Assembly (NCBI GenBank): GCA_045568475.1
Contig: JBJLAY010000047.1
Coordinates: forward strand, 1 to 54,935
Length of the DNA stretch: 54,935 nt
Source of the DNA: Candidatus Poseidoniaceae archaeon
Lineage (GTDB): Archaea; Thermoplasmatota; Poseidoniia; Poseidoniales; Poseidoniaceae
Direction: 5' to 3'
Shown: in pieces, positions 8,154-19,144 of the stretch
How positions within the stretch are numbered: position 1 is the first letter of the stretch
How the letters are laid out: each line of letters starts with the position of its first letter
The notes under the pieces: model-generated
Told to the model about the DNA's origin: nothing
Seen by the model: only the letters and a program-made list of their open reading frames with translations
Database searches by the model: none
Position numbers and translations under genes: made by a program

Positions 8154-9687
8154 GTAGTCGTCCGCATTCTGCCTCTACCCTTGCTAGCCAGCCTCCTTCG
8201 CCTAGCTTTTCAGCAACAATTTCAATTTCCTTAGAAGTAGAACGATCTTCAGTCAATCGTCCGCAAACATTTCTCACTAAATTGTAGAGCGATTTTACAT
8301 GTTCAGCCGGTTCGCAATCTCTGTACTCTAATGCTTCGCATGCAATGATTAATTCACAGGCGAGTACTTGTGATAGGTGCTTACATGTTTCGAGTAAATT
8401 CCAACAGGAAGTCGCACCCATAGAAACGTGATCTTCCTGTCCTGCCGATGTAGGTGTAGAAAAGGCAGAACGCGGCATTGCTCTCCCATGCATCTCTGCC
8501 AATGCCGCTGCTGCAACATAATGTACAATCATCATACCTGATTCGAGACCAGAGTTAACTGCCAAAAACGGAGGTAAATCATTACGTGACGGATCAACCA
8601 TTTGATCAATTCTTCTCTCACTTATGTGCCCCAGCTCAAACAAAGCGTGCGACATGCCGTCTGCTGCAAGTGCCAGAACCTCTCCATGGAAGTTACCTTG
8701 ACTGATTACTTCATCATGCCCGGGATTTGATGGGTTTGGGAAGATTAAGGGGTTATCAGTCGCGCTATTAATTTCAATAGATAATGTATCTGAAAGATTT
8801 CTAAATCTTTCAAGGACTGCACCATGTACTTGAGGTATGCATCTGAATGAATATGCATCTTGTACTCGATCACAATCAGCATGAGAATCCAATATTGGGG
8901 AATCAATCATTACTTTGGTAATTCTCTCTGCAACCAGAGATTGGCCATGATGAGGCCTTGCTTGATGTACTCGCGGGTCCATCGGCTTGATAGAGCATTT
9001 TCTTGCTTCCATCGATACACATGCAACTAAATCAGCCATAGGAATTAGATTAGATAATTGATTTTCAACATTAACTAAGAATGAACACATTTGACTCGTA
9101 CCATTAATCAATGACAAACCATCTTTAGCAGCCAAATCAACAGGTATTAGCCCATTTTTCTTAAGTAAATCTGCTGTTGGAATTGGTCCATTTTCGCCCC
9201 AGACTTCACCCTCTCCAATCAGTGTAAGTGCCATATGCGAAAGTGGTGCTAAGTCGCCAGATGCTCCCAATGAACCAATTCTGGGGACAACTGGAATTAT
9301 GTCATTATTAAGATAAGAAATTATTTGTTCGATAACAGTTCTTTGTATACCTGAACAACCCTTGACCAATGAATTAGCTCTCACACACATCATCGCTCTT
9401 GTATCTTTTATTGACATAGGTTCGCCTATTGCACAAGCATGTGATCTAATCAGGTTTACTTGGAGGGACGCTAAATCTCCAGGAGATATATTCTCGCTAA
9501 CCAAGGCCCCAAATCCAGTATTTATTCCATAAACGGTTTCACCGCGCCTCAAAATCCCTTCAACAACATCCCTAGCAGCCTTTACCTTAGGCCATGCATC
9601 TGAAGCAACTTCTACCTTTTCACCACGTGAAACTAATACAATCTCTGTTGGGCTCAGAGTATTACCGTCTAATTTGATAGTCCCCAT
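8146..9687 (-). CDS. hutH: Histidine ammonia-lyase
   Basis: YGINTGFG, NLIRSHA, GSLGASGDL (MIO ASG), QDAYSFRC, GNFHG, QEDHVSMG. Confidence 0.97.
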   Translation of the reverse strand: MGTIKLDGNTLSPTEIVLVSRGEKVEVASDAWPKVKAARDVVEGILRRGETVYGINTGFGALVSENISPGDLASLQVNLIRSHACAIGEPMSIKDTRAMMCVRANSLVKGCSGIQRTVIEQIISYLNNDIIPVVPRIGSLGASGDLAPLSHMALTLIGEGEVWGENGPIPTADLLKKNGLIPVDLAAKDGLSLINGTSQMCSFLVNVENQLSNLIPMADLVACVSMEARKCSIKPMDPRVHQARPHHGQSLVAERITKVMIDSPILDSHADCDRVQDAYSFRCIPQVHGAVLERFRNLSDTLSIEINSATDNPLIFPNPSNPGHDEVISQGNFHGEVLALAADGMSHALFELGHISERRIDQMVDPSRNDLPPFLAVNSGLESGMMIVHYVAAAALAEMHGRAMPRSAFSTPTSAGQEDHVSMGATSCWNLLETCKHLSQVLACELIIACEALEYRDCEPAEHVKSLYNLVRNVCGRLTEDRSTSKEIEIVAEKLGEGGWLARVEAECGRLPR

Positions 9688-11717
9688 TATTCATCACCAG
9701 TAAACATCGAGTCAATGAGGTTGTCTGCCGCAAGGTTTGGAAGTGTTACGGTGAGGTTAGGGTTACTTTCCATAGCGCGTTTAATGGCATAAATGGCACC
9801 ATCATTACGTGCCCATGCTCTCCTTGAAACACCATTGTTGACATCCCAATCAAGCATAGACAGAAGTTTCTTTTCGCTTTCAGGACTGCCATCAATCAGC
9901 ATTCCAAATCCGCCATTAATCACTTCTCCCCATCCTACACCTCCTCCGTTGTGTAAACTAATCCAAGTAGCACCTCTGAAAGAATCACCTACGAAGTTCT
10001 GTACTGCCATATCTGCAGTAAACATAGAACCATCCCTGATATTGGCCGTTTCCCTGTATGGTGAATCAGTACCTGAAACATCGTGATGATCTCTGCCTAG
10101 TATCACAGGGCCACTAAGTCTACCGGAAAAAATCGCATCATTGAACGCTTTAGCAATCCTCTTTCTACCATCTGCATCTGCATATAGAATCCTAGCCTGG
10201 CTCCCAACTACCATCTTGTTTTTGGAAGCCTGTTCAATCCACCTGATGTTATCTAACATTTGTTGTTTGATTTCATTTGGTGAATCTTTAGCCATTTCAG
10301 TTAATACTTCAGATGCTATTTCATCAGTAACCTGCAGGTCGCGAGGGCTTCCTGAAGCACAAACCCACCTGAATGGACCAAAACCATAATCGAAGCACAT
10401 TGGCCCCATAATATCTTCAACATAACTTGGATATCTGAATCCACTACCATCTTTGTCCATTACATCGGCACCAGCTCTGGATGCTTCCAGCAAGAATGCA
10501 TTACCGTAATCCCAGAAATATGTTCCATTGGAAACTAAGCTGTTTACAGCAGCAGCGTGCCTTCGGAGTGTTTTTTGAACTTCATCTTTGAATTGTTTAG
10601 GATTAGTAGACATCATCTTTTTGCTATCTTCAAAAGATAGTGTTACTGGATAATATCCTCCTTGCCATGGGTTGTGTAGGCTAGTTTGATCCGATAACAA
10701 ATCAACACTGATTCCTCTTTCGACCATTCTTTCTAGAAGTTCAACGATATTACCTATATGCCCAATTGAAATTGCTTCACGCATTTCTTTTGCATCTACC
10801 ATTCTGTCGATAGCATCATCCGTTGATTCAGCAATTACCGATAACCATCCTTGTTCATGACGTTTGTGAGCTGCATGAGGATTGATTTCACTTACGATGC
10901 ATGCAGCACCTGCGATAACTCCTGCTTTGGCTTGAGCACCACTCATGCCTCCAAGACCTGATGTTACGAACGAAATACCCGAAAGAGAATCCCTTGCTCC
11001 ACAAAACATACGTCCAGCATTAAGGACTGTAATTGTAGTTCCATGAACAATACCTTGTGGACCAATATACATGTATGATCCAGCAGTCATCTGGCCGTAT
11101 TGGCTAACGCCTAGTGTATTCATTCGATCATAATCATCCTGGCTAGAATAGTTAGGAATGACCATGCCATTAGTAACAACAACTCTCGGTGCATCTCTAG
11201 ATGATGGGAATAGGCCAAGTGGATGTCCAGAATACATTACAAGAGTCTGTTCATCATTCATTTCACATAGATATTTCATTACCAATCTATATTGAGCCCA
11301 GTTTTGGAAAACAGAACCATTTCCACCGTATGTGATAAGTTCATGAGGGAATTGAGCCACATCGACATCCAGATTATTATGAATCATTAGCATAATAGCC
11401 GCCGCTTCAATGGATTTAGCTGGGTAAGATTCTATTGGGTATGATTTTATTTCATACTCGGTGGGTCTGTATCGCATCATCCATATACGGCCGTAAGTAT
11501 TCAATTCTTGAGCAAATTCCGATGCTAATTCACTATGAAGGTGCTTTGGAAAATACCGTAAAGCATTACGCAACGCCAATTTCTTCTCTTCTTGCGTTAA
11601 AATTTGACGTCTCGCTGGAGCGTGATCGACATCAACAGAAATACCGGGGTGTTCAGGCAACAGTGTAGGAATACCGGCTCCAATATGGTTGCGCATTGCA
11701 TCAACATCGGTTGCCAT
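9687..11717 (-). CDS. hutU: Urocanate hydratase, long (~676 aa, UROC1-like) form
   Basis: YGQMTAGSYMYIGPQGIVHGT, GLGGMSGAQ, DQTSLHN, GRDHHD, HNGGGVGWG. Start ATG 11717. Confidence 0.97.
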   Translation of the reverse strand: MATDVDAMRNHIGAGIPTLLPEHPGISVDVDHAPARRQILTQEEKKLALRNALRYFPKHLHSELASEFAQELNTYGRIWMMRYRPTEYEIKSYPIESYPAKSIEAAAIMLMIHNNLDVDVAQFPHELITYGGNGSVFQNWAQYRLVMKYLCEMNDEQTLVMYSGHPLGLFPSSRDAPRVVVTNGMVIPNYSSQDDYDRMNTLGVSQYGQMTAGSYMYIGPQGIVHGTTITVLNAGRMFCGARDSLSGISFVTSGLGGMSGAQAKAGVIAGAACIVSEINPHAAHKRHEQGWLSVIAESTDDAIDRMVDAKEMREAISIGHIGNIVELLERMVERGISVDLLSDQTSLHNPWQGGYYPVTLSFEDSKKMMSTNPKQFKDEVQKTLRRHAAAVNSLVSNGTYFWDYGNAFLLEASRAGADVMDKDGSGFRYPSYVEDIMGPMCFDYGFGPFRWVCASGSPRDLQVTDEIASEVLTEMAKDSPNEIKQQMLDNIRWIEQASKNKMVVGSQARILYADADGRKRIAKAFNDAIFSGRLSGPVILGRDHHDVSGTDSPYRETANIRDGSMFTADMAVQNFVGDSFRGATWISLHNGGGVGWGEVINGGFGMLIDGSPESEKKLLSMLDWDVNNGVSRRAWARNDGAIYAIKRAMESNPNLTVTLPNLAADNLIDSMFTGDE

Positions 11718-11797
11718 GTTATGTCGGATAGTGACGGACTTATTGATTGTTGTAGTCAAGCGTCATTTCTATCAGTAATCACCTTTAGGGGATATAC

Positions 11798-13666
11798 ATG
11801 GAGGAGGATGTATTTGAAGCGGAATTGCTTCGCGACAGTAATCAAAATCGTTATTTTGCTGGAATTGCGAGTGTGACTATTGCTGTTTCCATCGCCTTCC
11901 TTATGGTTTCAATTGTATTTACTGAGGTTGCTGACAAATCAATCGTAAATGAGAGTGTCGATTACGGGGTTAGAGTTCCAGTTTGGGAACGAGGCAACTT
12001 GGATTACATCACTAATCAGTCGAATGGTTTCGTAATGGAATTTGGCGATTTGGAGGTTCGAGAAACTGATAATGAATGGAATTCAACTCACGTATTTGTA
12101 GAATACGAGCTTCCTATCGAAGAAGGAGGAGCTGCACCTAATGGTAAAATCTCCTTGGCTTATTGGAGGCCAAATGTACCGGAAGGAGTACAAGTACCAG
12201 TAATTGCAGAGTTTGGCCCATATTTCCAAGAGCCGAGTGTTGAAACTCCAACAATAGAAGTTCCCGGTAGTTGGCTGGGAGAAATGATAATCGATCAAAT
12301 TCTACCTCACGGTTACGCTTTCGCACAAATATCTGTTACAGGCACCGGACGTTCTAATCATTGCATGGACTTGATGGGCACTGCAGAACAATTAGGCAAT
12401 GATGCAGCTGTAAGTTGGTTGGGTAGCCAAGATTGGTCTAATGGTAATGTCGCCATGATTGGAAAATCGTATGATGGCTCCACGCCTTGGCAAGCAGCAA
12501 TGTTTGGCAACGAACATCTCAAAACAATAGTTCCAATATCTGGCCTCATTGGGGTGAAAGAATTGATGTGGAAAAACGGTTCTTCTGAAGCAAGAGCACC
12601 AATTATGCACAATGGCGTCTATGGCTCATATGGGTTCGATGGTGACGAAGAAGACTATGGTAACTTGTGCCCAGATTACCTAATTGGCCCTGGAACCGGA
12701 GTATCAGCCTGGATGTTTGGCTCTGAAATAGCAGGAGATTATTGGGCAGAGAGATACTTCCTCGATAGAGTATTGGAGAACTACGGAGGTTCTGTTTATC
12801 TTATCCAAGGTATGCATGACTGGAATGTTGATCCACATATGGCGGTACCGACAATCAATTTGTTAAAGGATAATGACATAGAATCCAAAGGACTTTTCGG
12901 ACAATGGGACCACGACTATCCCGATAGGGCGATACAGTTAGATGATCGTTCGGAATTGGGTGGAAGAGGTGGCGAAGCATTCCCTGAAATGATTCGTTTT
13001 GATTGGATGCAAGACTTGTTGGAATGGTTTGATTGGTATCTGAAGGGAGAGGGTAGATCCCCTGAGTTACATGTTGAAATACAATCTAATCAAGGCTCAT
13101 GGAGAATTGAAGACAGATATCCTGCAAGCGATACGACAGAATTAGTAATGTCCCTCGGTACTGAACTCGAGAGGGTATCTGGTAGCCAGAATGTACTGCC
13201 TGATGCCACAACAGGACCCGTTTACCAAAGCAGTCCTTTGACTCAAGACTTGTACATTCAAGGAATGCCAAGGTTGCATGTAGAGGTGTCAACAACTACA
13301 GTCGGTGGGCAGTTATACGCACTGTTAGAGGATTGTGATGGCACGAACTGTATACACATTGGTCACGCAATAATGGATCTAAGATATCATGAAGGTGGCG
13401 AAGATTTGTCCTCAACATGGACTCCAATTGTTGGTACTATTACTGCAAAGATGGAATTCTTCGCACTGGATGCAGAAATAGCCGAAGGGCATACGATTAG
13501 ACTTTCATTACTTTCAACGGGTGAAGATTATTTGCCAGCATCTACATCTTCAATCGTTACAGTTGCAGAAGGAGATGGAAGCACGCTTCAATTAGACATA
13601 TTCAATCCTGAAGATAAGTTGTATTGGCAACCTCCGGTTTGTACTCATGATGTTTGTGCACTGTGA
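11798..13666 (+). CDS. Membrane-anchored CocE/NonD (peptidase S15, X-Pro dipeptidyl-peptidase-like) hydrolase
   Basis: N-terminal TM helix, WSNGNVAMIGKSYDG nucleophile motif, DWNV, WDH, C-terminal PepX_C-like jelly roll. Confidence 0.9.
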   Translation: MEEDVFEAELLRDSNQNRYFAGIASVTIAVSIAFLMVSIVFTEVADKSIVNESVDYGVRVPVWERGNLDYITNQSNGFVMEFGDLEVRETDNEWNSTHVFVEYELPIEEGGAAPNGKISLAYWRPNVPEGVQVPVIAEFGPYFQEPSVETPTIEVPGSWLGEMIIDQILPHGYAFAQISVTGTGRSNHCMDLMGTAEQLGNDAAVSWLGSQDWSNGNVAMIGKSYDGSTPWQAAMFGNEHLKTIVPISGLIGVKELMWKNGSSEARAPIMHNGVYGSYGFDGDEEDYGNLCPDYLIGPGTGVSAWMFGSEIAGDYWAERYFLDRVLENYGGSVYLIQGMHDWNVDPHMAVPTINLLKDNDIESKGLFGQWDHDYPDRAIQLDDRSELGGRGGEAFPEMIRFDWMQDLLEWFDWYLKGEGRSPELHVEIQSNQGSWRIEDRYPASDTTELVMSLGTELERVSGSQNVLPDATTGPVYQSSPLTQDLYIQGMPRLHVEVSTTTVGGQLYALLEDCDGTNCIHIGHAIMDLRYHEGGEDLSSTWTPIVGTITAKMEFFALDAEIAEGHTIRLSLLSTGEDYLPASTSSIVTVAEGDGSTLQLDIFNPEDKLYWQPPVCTHDVCAL

Positions 13667-14901
13667 GCACCAGGTCTCCACATAGTGAAGATTATTCCGA
13701 AAGCAATCATTGCGCAAGAAAACCAAATCATTCCCAATTTAAGTGTTAGTTCTGTATTATTCAAAAGCCATCCAGCAGTGAATGTACTAAAGCTAAACGA
13801 GACCGACATAAGCAACATATCAATACTGAAAACTCGGCCTCTAACCTCATCTTCTACCCATTGTTGAGTAAGAATGGTCGATAGTACCCAGTTTGCCCCA
13901 CTAGCTGCATGAGCTAGAATAATTAATGCGATTGTTAGGTATAGGTTTTCGAATAATGTAATTCCGATTATTAGGTAGAAAAATCCAGATACAGAAACAA
14001 GAATTCCAACTAATGCTGGCCACTTACTCTTGTTTATCAGATATTTTCTAGCGATTATCGGACCAATTCCAGTTCCAATTCCCCGAGCCATGAAAAATAA
14101 GCCGATTCCGGCAGCCATTTCACCAGGAGACATTCTTGAACCTGCAATGACCAAAAATACTGCCGCAAGACCTCCACCTGCTAAGTTCCAAGTTGTTTTA
14201 GCAAATACGATTCTTTTCAATCTTGGTTCGTCAATTAATCTTACAAATCCAGCCTTAATATTTTGAAATGCTGTTCTAAATATCGGCCCTTTCATATCTT
14301 TACTTACTGTTTGTGGTAGATTGAGGGGGAGTAGTATAAGTGCGCCAATAAGGAATGTTATCGAGTCTATGATGAATGCAGTATTTACACCATATGTCGA
14401 TACAACGATGCCGCCTAAGAATGCCCCTGTTGCTAAGGCAGTAGACCATGTTGCAGCATCTAATGCATTGGCTGTTGCTAACTCTTCTTCAGCCACAATA
14501 TTTGGTAAAGCGGCTCTTTCTGCAGTCATGTACGCACCATGTAGAATCATCATTACCCCTGATAATCCAACCAACCACCACATATCCTCTGGCCCATCTA
14601 CCATCAGGAAACACAGTGCGAGCCCAACTTGAACCAAGTTGGAAATGATCATTATCCATTTTCTTGACCATCTATCTGCTAGTAAGCCAGTGATTGGCTG
14701 TAGTATTGCAAATCCTAACATTCTGATCGTAAATAGCAAACCAAGCATGGCTTCAGAACCAGAGTGTTGTAGAATCAGAGTGAATAGCGCTATTGTATTG
14801 AACCATTCCCCCATCATCGAAATGACTGCTGCCGCCCAAAATATTCGAAATCTAGAGTTATTCTTTAGTAATTCGAAATAACCAATTTCTTTCAAAATCA
14901 C
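13645..14901 (-). CDS. MFS transporter
   Basis: About 12 hydrophobic segments; motif A GLLADRWSRK; RGRVFS. Confidence 0.92.
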   Translation of the reverse strand: MILKEIGYFELLKNNSRFRIFWAAAVISMMGEWFNTIALFTLILQHSGSEAMLGLLFTIRMLGFAILQPITGLLADRWSRKWIMIISNLVQVGLALCFLMVDGPEDMWWLVGLSGVMMILHGAYMTAERAALPNIVAEEELATANALDAATWSTALATGAFLGGIVVSTYGVNTAFIIDSITFLIGALILLPLNLPQTVSKDMKGPIFRTAFQNIKAGFVRLIDEPRLKRIVFAKTTWNLAGGGLAAVFLVIAGSRMSPGEMAAGIGLFFMARGIGTGIGPIIARKYLINKSKWPALVGILVSVSGFFYLIIGITLFENLYLTIALIILAHAASGANWVLSTILTQQWVEDEVRGRVFSIDMLLMSVSFSFSTFTAGWLLNNTELTLKLGMIWFSCAMIAFGIIFTMWRPGAHSAQTS

Positions 14902-17192
14902 TCCTCCTCAGAAATCCCTGTGCCGGGTTCCAGGAGACTGCATATTATCCACTTTGATGTTGGAGTATTGGATTTCGCAGCTGTGGATTTGAGTGGAACT
15001 AGTACATTTGCTTCTGGGAAATAGGTTGCGATGTTCCCCCTTGGTATATCATATGCGACTAATCTCCAGCCGTCGCTTCTTCTTTCCTCGCCCTCGAAAT
15101 GCGAAACAATATCTACAATGTGTCTTGATTTCCAACCGCGCTCAATCATATCAGTTGCATTCATCAATACAATTCTACGATTTCCATGAACTCCGCGATA
15201 TCTATCATGAAGGTCATAGATAGTGGTGTTGTACTGATCGTGAGACCTAATTGTCATCATTACAAATTTATCATCCGGAATTGTCACATCTGGTAGTTTG
15301 TGAGCAACAAAATGCGCTTTTTTATCAGGAGTATCAAATGATCGTGAATCCCTTGGGGGATTTGGTAATGCAAAACCATTGGGCGTATTAACACGCTGAT
15401 TGTAATTTTCAAAACCAACTAAGGCTTTGCTCATCAAATCCCTAACATTATCATAATTTTCAACAAGTTTCATCCAATCTCTTCCATCATCAAGAGCAGT
15501 GCTTGCCAAAGCAGCAACAATCCAAGGCTCGCTCTTTAGATTGCTACTGGAGGGTTTTAGATTTCCTTTTGATGTATGCACAATACCCATTGAGTTTTCA
15601 ACAGTGACAAATTGTTTACCACCCTCCTGAATATCTAATTCAGTTCGACCAAGGCATGGTAATATGATAGCAGTCTCGCCGGTTACTAAGTGTGATCTGT
15701 TTAATTTGGTTGAAACCTGTACAGTCAACTTTACCCTTCTAAGTGCTTCTGCGGTAGCCTCTGTATCCGGCGTAGCAGATATGAAATTACCACCCATACA
15801 CATGAAAAGATCAGTTTCGCCCCTTAACATCTGAGATATAGCCTCGACAACGTCGACCCCATGTTCTCTTGGACTAGTTATGTCACAGGCTTTATCCAAT
15901 CTTTGCAAGAATGCTTCTGAAGGGCGCTCCCAGATACCTACTGTTCTATCACCTTGGACATTTGAATGACCTCTGACTGGACATAAACCCGCACCCTTTC
16001 TGCCAATATGCCCACCCATCAACATAAGATTCGATACTTCCTGAATAACAGCAACTCCATTCTTATGCTGAGTTAAACCCATTGCCCAACAAGCAATTGA
16101 AGCCTTAGATTTAGCAATTATTCTACCAGCATTTTCAATTTGGAATCTAGTCAAACCTGTATCGGATTCGATATCTTCCCAACTTGTTTCACTTACAGTT
16201 TCAAGAACATCATCGAATCCGGTAGTTGAATTTTTGATGAAATCATGATCGAAGGCTTCCAACTCAATCTGCACTTTCATTAGCCCATGCATCAGGGCAG
16301 CATCTCCACCGATCTTTACCTGCAGGTGCATGTCAGCAAGTTGTTCACTTCCGAATGACATTTTCATGTAATCTTGGGGATGCTTGAATCTAGCTAATCC
16401 AGTTTCAGGTAATGGATTAACATGAATAATTGATGCACCATTGCGCTTGGCGTCTCTTAGCGCTGTTAGCATTCGCGGGTGATTAGTTCCAGGGTTTTGT
16501 CCAATAACCAATATCAAATCTGAATGATTGAAATCCTCTAAACTAACTGTACCCTTGCCAATTCCAATAGTTTCTCCTAACCCTCTGCCACTTGACTCAT
16601 GGCACATGTTTGAACAATCTGGCATATTGTTAGTTCCAAGACTTCTTGCAAATAGTTGGTACATGAAAGCGGCTTCATTAGAAGTCCGACCCGATGTGTA
16701 AAAAATTGACTTGTTAGGATCATTGCTTGACCTTATGTTTTCTGAGACTACTCCTATTGCATCTTCCCAGGAAATTGACTCATAATTATTCATTCCCTCT
16801 CGCAGTATTACTGGATGTGATATTCTACCCTGCTTGTTAAGCCAGAAATCACTTTGTTCTGACAAAAATTGAACACTGTTCTTTGAAAAGAATTCAGGTG
16901 TAACCTTTGCTTTCATAGATTCATCGGCTACTGCCTTTGCACCATTCTCACAAAATTCGAACATAGTGGCATGCTCAGGATCTGGCCAAGCACAACCGGG
17001 GCAATCGAAACCATCGGATTGGTTTACAGTTGTTAGTGTCTTTATTGTCTTTGTAATACCCATACGTGTAATTCCATGTAGCATGGAAGAAGTAGCCGCT
17101 GGAATACCAGCAGCTATTGATTTTGGCTTACCGATTTTAAGAGCATTATTGTCTGGGGGAGTAGTTGCCCTGGTTCTCTTCCTTACAGACAT
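14898..17192 (-). CDS. FdhF/YdeP family molybdopterin oxidoreductase
   Basis: GFDCPGCAWPD, EFCENGAKA, YTSGRTSNE, CSNMCHE (Cys, not Sec), RGHSNVQG, RSHDQYNTT. Start ATG 17192. Confidence 0.95.
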   Translation of the reverse strand: MSVRKRTRATTPPDNNALKIGKPKSIAAGIPAATSSMLHGITRMGITKTIKTLTTVNQSDGFDCPGCAWPDPEHATMFEFCENGAKAVADESMKAKVTPEFFSKNSVQFLSEQSDFWLNKQGRISHPVILREGMNNYESISWEDAIGVVSENIRSSNDPNKSIFYTSGRTSNEAAFMYQLFARSLGTNNMPDCSNMCHESSGRGLGETIGIGKGTVSLEDFNHSDLILVIGQNPGTNHPRMLTALRDAKRNGASIIHVNPLPETGLARFKHPQDYMKMSFGSEQLADMHLQVKIGGDAALMHGLMKVQIELEAFDHDFIKNSTTGFDDVLETVSETSWEDIESDTGLTRFQIENAGRIIAKSKASIACWAMGLTQHKNGVAVIQEVSNLMLMGGHIGRKGAGLCPVRGHSNVQGDRTVGIWERPSEAFLQRLDKACDITSPREHGVDVVEAISQMLRGETDLFMCMGGNFISATPDTEATAEALRRVKLTVQVSTKLNRSHLVTGETAIILPCLGRTELDIQEGGKQFVTVENSMGIVHTSKGNLKPSSSNLKSEPWIVAALASTALDDGRDWMKLVENYDNVRDLMSKALVGFENYNQRVNTPNGFALPNPPRDSRSFDTPDKKAHFVAHKLPDVTIPDDKFVMMTIRSHDQYNTTIYDLHDRYRGVHGNRRIVLMNATDMIERGWKSRHIVDIVSHFEGEERRSDGWRLVAYDIPRGNIATYFPEANVLVPLKSTAAKSNTPTSKWIICSLLEPGTGISEEE

Positions 17193-17193
17193 A

Positions 17194-17940
17194 TCATGCC
17201 GGATTCGACGAGGGCTTGTCAATGATGCGGCTCAAATTACCTATTACAGACGGTCTTTTGCTCGCAGCGAAGGCAACCAAAGTGATTCCACTGGAACGCG
17301 ATAGGTTTTCTGCTGCAGAAGTAATTGATCCTGCAGCAACGACTATTTCCACACCTACTCTTACTGCTTTTGCCACGAGTTCCCAACTAATTCTGCTAGA
17401 TAATGCAATTATCTTAGGTTCAATGCCTTTGCGGAAAGAACCACCTATTACCTTGTCAAATGCATTATGCCTACCCACATCTTCACGTATGAGTAATAAT
17501 TTTCCAGACTCATCAAATACAGCAGCAGCGTGAGTACCTCCTGTTGCCTTGAACCATGGCTGATTGGACTTCATATCATCCATCATGACACTTATATCAG
17601 CATTCAAAATCACTGAATTAGGAACATCCCCTGTTGGCATTTCAACATCTCCCGTGGTGCAGGCTCCGCATGAAGCAGTCAACAAATCATCTTTAGGCCT
17701 GTTACGCACATCTCCGGATATTGTTACATCATGACCTTGGACAGAAACTGAATTTACCTCTCCTCTACCTTCGCATAATATATGTCCATATGCTAAATCC
17801 CCTAAATCCATAGGAGATGCTAGTAACCTTACTACAGTTTTGTTATTACTGAGCAATGTAATAATCGATTCTTCTGCTAATTCATCCATTTCCGGTACAG
17901 GAGCGTGACCCCCGAGACGGTGAATCGGCCTCTTGACCAT
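17194..17940 (-). CDS. fdhD: Formate dehydrogenase accessory sulfurtransferase
   Basis: SCGAC, FKATGGTHAA, EDVGRHNAFDK, SRISWELV. Confidence 0.94.
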   Translation of the reverse strand: MVKRPIHRLGGHAPVPEMDELAEESIITLLSNNKTVVRLLASPMDLGDLAYGHILCEGRGEVNSVSVQGHDVTISGDVRNRPKDDLLTASCGACTTGDVEMPTGDVPNSVILNADISVMMDDMKSNQPWFKATGGTHAAAVFDESGKLLLIREDVGRHNAFDKVIGGSFRKGIEPKIIALSSRISWELVAKAVRVGVEIVVAAGSITSAAENLSRSSGITLVAFAASKRPSVIGNLSRIIDKPSSNPA

Positions 17941-17987
17941 GAGACTTCCTTGAGCAGGTACACATTAGTGATTGCCATAATGAGGTT

Positions 17988-18539
17988 TCATTCAGGCCTG
18001 CTGATATCGAAAAATTCGAACTGTAATTCAACTAATTCAGCAGATGATTTTGCTTCTTTATATGCATCGAGTGGCTCTTTATTCAATATGAAAAATTGCT
18101 CCCCCCACCTAAATGCGCCGAGTAATTTACGAGCCTGCTCTTCTTTTCCAATTAGATAAAGTGAAGCTGCAAGAGCCTCTGCTGTGGTCATCTTTCCTGG
18201 TTTCCCCCAGTTAACTGGATTTGCAGCCAACAATAGAGGTAACATCCTTCCCTTAAGTTTGGTCTTTTTCATGACCTGAGAAACTGAATCCTCAATCTGG
18301 GCCCACGAACAGTCAAGTCCAACCAATGCACCACCTTCTTTGAGTAGTAATTCATGATCTTCAGGACCTAATACCTTGCCACACAATGGCTCGAGTATAA
18401 TCCCTCTCTTTGGTAGTTGGTTGAACCTCTCATGTAATTTCAAATCACCCCTGCGAGATAATCTTACAGCAGTATTTTTCTTGGGATCGTCTTGAGCTAG
18501 CCAAATGGCATGCACAGGTATTATTTGATCCATATTCAT
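17988..18539 (-). CDS. tsr3: 16S rRNA aminocarboxypropyltransferase
   Basis: DDPKKNT, LDCSW, LPLLLAANPVNWGKP, AEALAA, FRWGEQF. Confidence 0.94.
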   Translation of the reverse strand: MNMDQIIPVHAIWLAQDDPKKNTAVRLSRRGDLKLHERFNQLPKRGIILEPLCGKVLGPEDHELLLKEGGALVGLDCSWAQIEDSVSQVMKKTKLKGRMLPLLLAANPVNWGKPGKMTTAEALAASLYLIGKEEQARKLLGAFRWGEQFFILNKEPLDAYKEAKSSAELVELQFEFFDISRPE

Positions 18540-19036
18540 TCCTTACCGCCTAGTAAGAAATCTCCAAGAGTGAGTCCACGGCCATCGCCAGAATTGACGT
18601 GTCGGTTTTGGTCAGGAGTTACGTCGACCATTAATGTGATTCCAAGTGTGCGTTCTAGTTTTCTAATCACCGAATCTGTGGGTCTTTTCCCCGATTCAAC
18701 ATTACTGATTACATTGACCTTCTCAGCCATCTTACGGGCTAACTGATGCTTGTCCCATCCTTTAGAATTACGTGCTTGAGACACACGCTTTGAGAAGTCT
18801 GAGGCTAATTCTTTCTCCCCTCTTAGCATAATGTCCTTTCCCTTTCGTCCTTTACCAGCATAGCCACCCGAAGAAGGAGCAGGTGTGTTCCTTGCTTTAG
18901 AAAGACCAGGTGCGACTTTCTTCTCATCAAGTCCCATCTTCTCAGTGCAACGTTTGCAAGCCTGAACATCTGCTTTACCCATCAATACTGAACGAGTACT
19001 AACTTTCATTGCTCCACATAGTTCACAATCTGCCAT
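18536..19036 (-). CDS. mbf1: Archaeal multiprotein bridging factor (Zn ribbon + HTH)
   Basis: MADCELCG...CKRC, Cro-like HTH, C-terminal LTLGD. Lies next to pan, a known neighbourhood. Confidence 0.93.
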   Translation of the reverse strand: MADCELCGAMKVSTRSVLMGKADVQACKRCTEKMGLDEKKVAPGLSKARNTPAPSSGGYAGKGRKGKDIMLRGEKELASDFSKRVSQARNSKGWDKHQLARKMAEKVNVISNVESGKRPTDSVIRKLERTLGITLMVDVTPDQNRHVNSGDGRGLTLGDFLLGGKE

Positions 19037-19144
19037 TTCGCCACCAGTCCGTTGTTGTGGCGGTGCTTCATCAAGCCTTCGTATACAAAATTTAGATGCA
19101 AAATACACGGATAGTTGAAGAAGTACGGGCATTGGACAATAAAC

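Noticed and set aside
14898-17192. Selenocysteine recoding in the FdhF-like gene
   Set aside because: The ORF is uninterrupted and the ligand position is Cys (CSNMCHE).
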